A stretch of 64,000 nt of DNA from the NCBI GenBank assembly GCA_043816965.1, contig JBDRHK010000015.1, forward strand, positions 1 to 64,000, in the 5' to 3' direction. The position numbers and the translations under genes are program-made. The notes below the pieces were generated by a model. That model was not told the DNA's origin, made no database searches, and was given only the letters and a program-made list of their open reading frames with translations. This document shows, one piece after another, positions 62,061-64,000 of the stretch. This DNA comes from Candidatus Iainarchaeum sp. GTDB lineage: Archaea; Iainarchaeota; Iainarchaeia; Iainarchaeales; JAFCCJ01. Every line of letters begins with the position of its first letter. The first letter of the stretch is position 1.

Positions 62061-63014
62061 ATGGATACTGAAAAAATGAAACAGGTTGTATTTTTGGTGG
62101 TGGTTGCCATAATTGCGGCTGCCCTGCTGATTGGCTTATTTGCAATGGATTTCATCATTGCGAATGCGCCAATAATTCTGGGAATTATCTTCATTATAGT
62201 GCTCCTCATAATTCTGCTTAATTTCGGGCTTATTATTTTCCTCAAGGATTATGAAAGGGCAGTAATTTTTCGTTTTGGAAAGGTGAACAGGGTAGGCGGG
62301 CCTGGATGGGCCATAATGATTCCTGTTCTTGAGAGCTTTACAAAAGTTGATACAAGAGTTCACACAATTGATGTAACCAAACAGGACGTGATAACAAAAG
62401 ACGGAATTGAGGTAAGGGCAGATGCGGTAATCTACATCAGGGTTAAGAGGGACAAGCAATCCGTGATAAATTCTGTTATTGAGGTTGAGAATTATGAAAA
62501 GGCGTCATTGCTTTATGTTGTTGCATTAATCCGTGATATTGCGGGTTCACTGGAATTGAATGAACTCATCTCAAATATTGACGCATTGAATAAGCGCCTT
62601 ACCGATGGCCTGGATAAAATTTCCGTAAACTGGGGAGTTGACTGTGAGACCGTTGAAATAAAGGACATCCAAATTCCAAGGCTGGTTCTTGATGCGATGC
62701 ACGAGGAAAAGGCGGCGGTCCAGCAGAAGCTGGCGAGAATGGAATCTGCAAAGGCCCACCAGGCAGAAATTGATGCAGTTAAGGAGGCAGCGGAAAACTT
62801 AAGTGACAGGGCACTTGCATACTATTATGTGAAGGCACTTGAAAAATTGGGGGAAGGGCAGAGCACAAAATTCATTTTCCCAATGGAGCTGACCAAGCTA
62901 GCCTCAGCTGTTAGTGGCGGAGGCTCCAAGAGCGAGGATTTGGAGGAGCTGTTCAGGAAATATGCCCCTGCAATAAAGAAAATCGTCGGTGCAGCGGCAA
63001 AGAAAAAGAAATAA
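62061..63014 (+). CDS. SPFH/stomatin family protein
   Basis: YERAVIFRFG, VD.R, QDVITKD, WGV....VEIKDI. Confidence 0.9.
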   Translation: MDTEKMKQVVFLVVVAIIAAALLIGLFAMDFIIANAPIILGIIFIIVLLIILLNFGLIIFLKDYERAVIFRFGKVNRVGGPGWAIMIPVLESFTKVDTRVHTIDVTKQDVITKDGIEVRADAVIYIRVKRDKQSVINSVIEVENYEKASLLYVVALIRDIAGSLELNELISNIDALNKRLTDGLDKISVNWGVDCETVEIKDIQIPRLVLDAMHEEKAAVQQKLARMESAKAHQAEIDAVKEAAENLSDRALAYYYVKALEKLGEGQSTKFIFPMELTKLASAVSGGGSKSEDLEELFRKYAPAIKKIVGAAAKKKK

Positions 63015-63032
63015 CCATTTTTTTTCATAAAT

Positions 63033-63998
63033 CTACTTTTTCAGAATCACAAATGCCGCAACCAAGCCCATGATTAACCATGAGCCGAGTGTGACAAGCA
63101 GAATAAGCATTGAATCCCCTGAAACAATTGCCACTGCCTCAATAATCCCCCCAATGAGAAGGAAGAAGAGGGCGAAGAAAAGCAAAATCAAAACATCCTT
63201 TGCAATAATCTCAAATTCATGGGTCATGTATTTCTTTTTTGTAATCGCGACCGAAATAATTCCCCCCGCAATCGCGCCTATGAAATAACCCACCAATTCA
63301 GGAATTCCATGCGGCACAAATGAAACCGCCCTTAGAATTCCCATCCCGATATCAGTTGTCAAAATTTCCTTCCCTATAAACAAGCCCATTACAGATGCAT
63401 TCCAGCTTAGGAGCCAGAGGGCACCTGCCCCTAGAAGAAATGAAAGCAGCACTGCAAGCAGCAAAACCATCGTGTTGTTCATGAAGACCAATTCAAAGCA
63501 TGCCGGAATTGATTTTGTTGAATCGTTCTTGCATTCACTGTAACCCTTGCCAACCTCAACGGCTTTTGCGGTTGTGATTTCGGTGAAATTGCCCCCTGTT
63601 ATCGCCCTCCAGCTGTTCTCCTGCTCCATGAAAACTTTGTCTTTGGTGGGCATAATGCACTCAAATCCACCTCCCTCAGCGCAGTTTTGGGGCTTTTCCA
63701 AAGGGAGTACTACAAACCAGAAACTGTAGCTTATAACCAGGCCTATGAAGAACCAGCCATAGATTTTTACTAAACTAAAATGCCTTGCCATAAACCCCAA
63801 AGTCGGACCTGGATGCCTTGCCTCGGCGGTTTCCTCAGCCACGAAAATGCTGTGTATTATTGGCATAAGGCCCAATGCCACAATCAGCAATGCGGAAACA
63901 CTTGCCGCATTCGGGAACAAATGATAGCTGATAAAAATCGCAAAACTTGAGAGCAGAATGGACATTACAAGTATCTTTACAGGATGGGTCCTAACCCC
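63033..63998 (-). CDS. SpoIIM/DUF95-like membrane protein (5' end outside window)
   Basis: F.NN, WNAS..G, PHGIPE, GG.IE. Confidence 0.75.
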   Translation of the reverse strand, partial: GVRTHPVKILVMSILLSSFAIFISYHLFPNAASVSALLIVALGLMPIIHSIFVAEETAEARHPGPTLGFMARHFSLVKIYGWFFIGLVISYSFWFVVLPLEKPQNCAEGGGFECIMPTKDKVFMEQENSWRAITGGNFTEITTAKAVEVGKGYSECKNDSTKSIPACFELVFMNNTMVLLLAVLLSFLLGAGALWLLSWNASVMGLFIGKEILTTDIGMGILRAVSFVPHGIPELVGYFIGAIAGGIISVAITKKKYMTHEFEIIAKDVLILLFFALFFLLIGGIIEAVAIVSGDSMLILLVTLGSWLIMGLVAAFVILKK

Positions 63999-64000
63999 AG

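Noticed and set aside
1659..63729. Numerous antisense and alternate-frame ORFs in the track
   Set aside because: They lie within well-supported genes and show no recognisable motifs
1..64000. CRISPR array, tRNA or rRNA genes
   Set aside because: No regularly spaced repeats, cloverleaf or rRNA-like segment recognised by eye

Overview
Archaeal chromosomal segment; RFC, Cdc6, CDC48, archaeal LonB, Nre and apgM fix the domain, and the compact overlapping genes suggest a DPANN lineage (inference). It holds a large type IV pilus locus (about 2.9-17.2 kb, second pilin cluster at 35.5-37.8 kb) whose assembly ATPase carries an Ala-initiated KlbA-type intein, plus many housekeeping genes. Most notable: (1) lonB is fractured by a naturally split intein, with IntN and IntC about 2.2 kb apart around a free-standing LAGLIDADG gene, an amber-interrupted asparaginase and small ORFs; (2) a module of a ~175-190 nt fold-back hairpin that buries its own RBS, a conserved ~40-aa peptide, a 24-bp motif and a LAGLIDADG gene occurs twice (near 1 kb and inside the split lon); (3) the same 24-bp motif precedes a third LAGLIDADG fused in frame to a YchF GTPase; (4) a palindromic CGTCAATTGACG site sits just upstream of the TATA box of three pilus-related transcription units; (5) a possible minimal SRP-like RNA. 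An IS200-type element end at the left edge truncates the first LAGLIDADG gene. All calls come from reading the sequence and motif recall; no searches were run.
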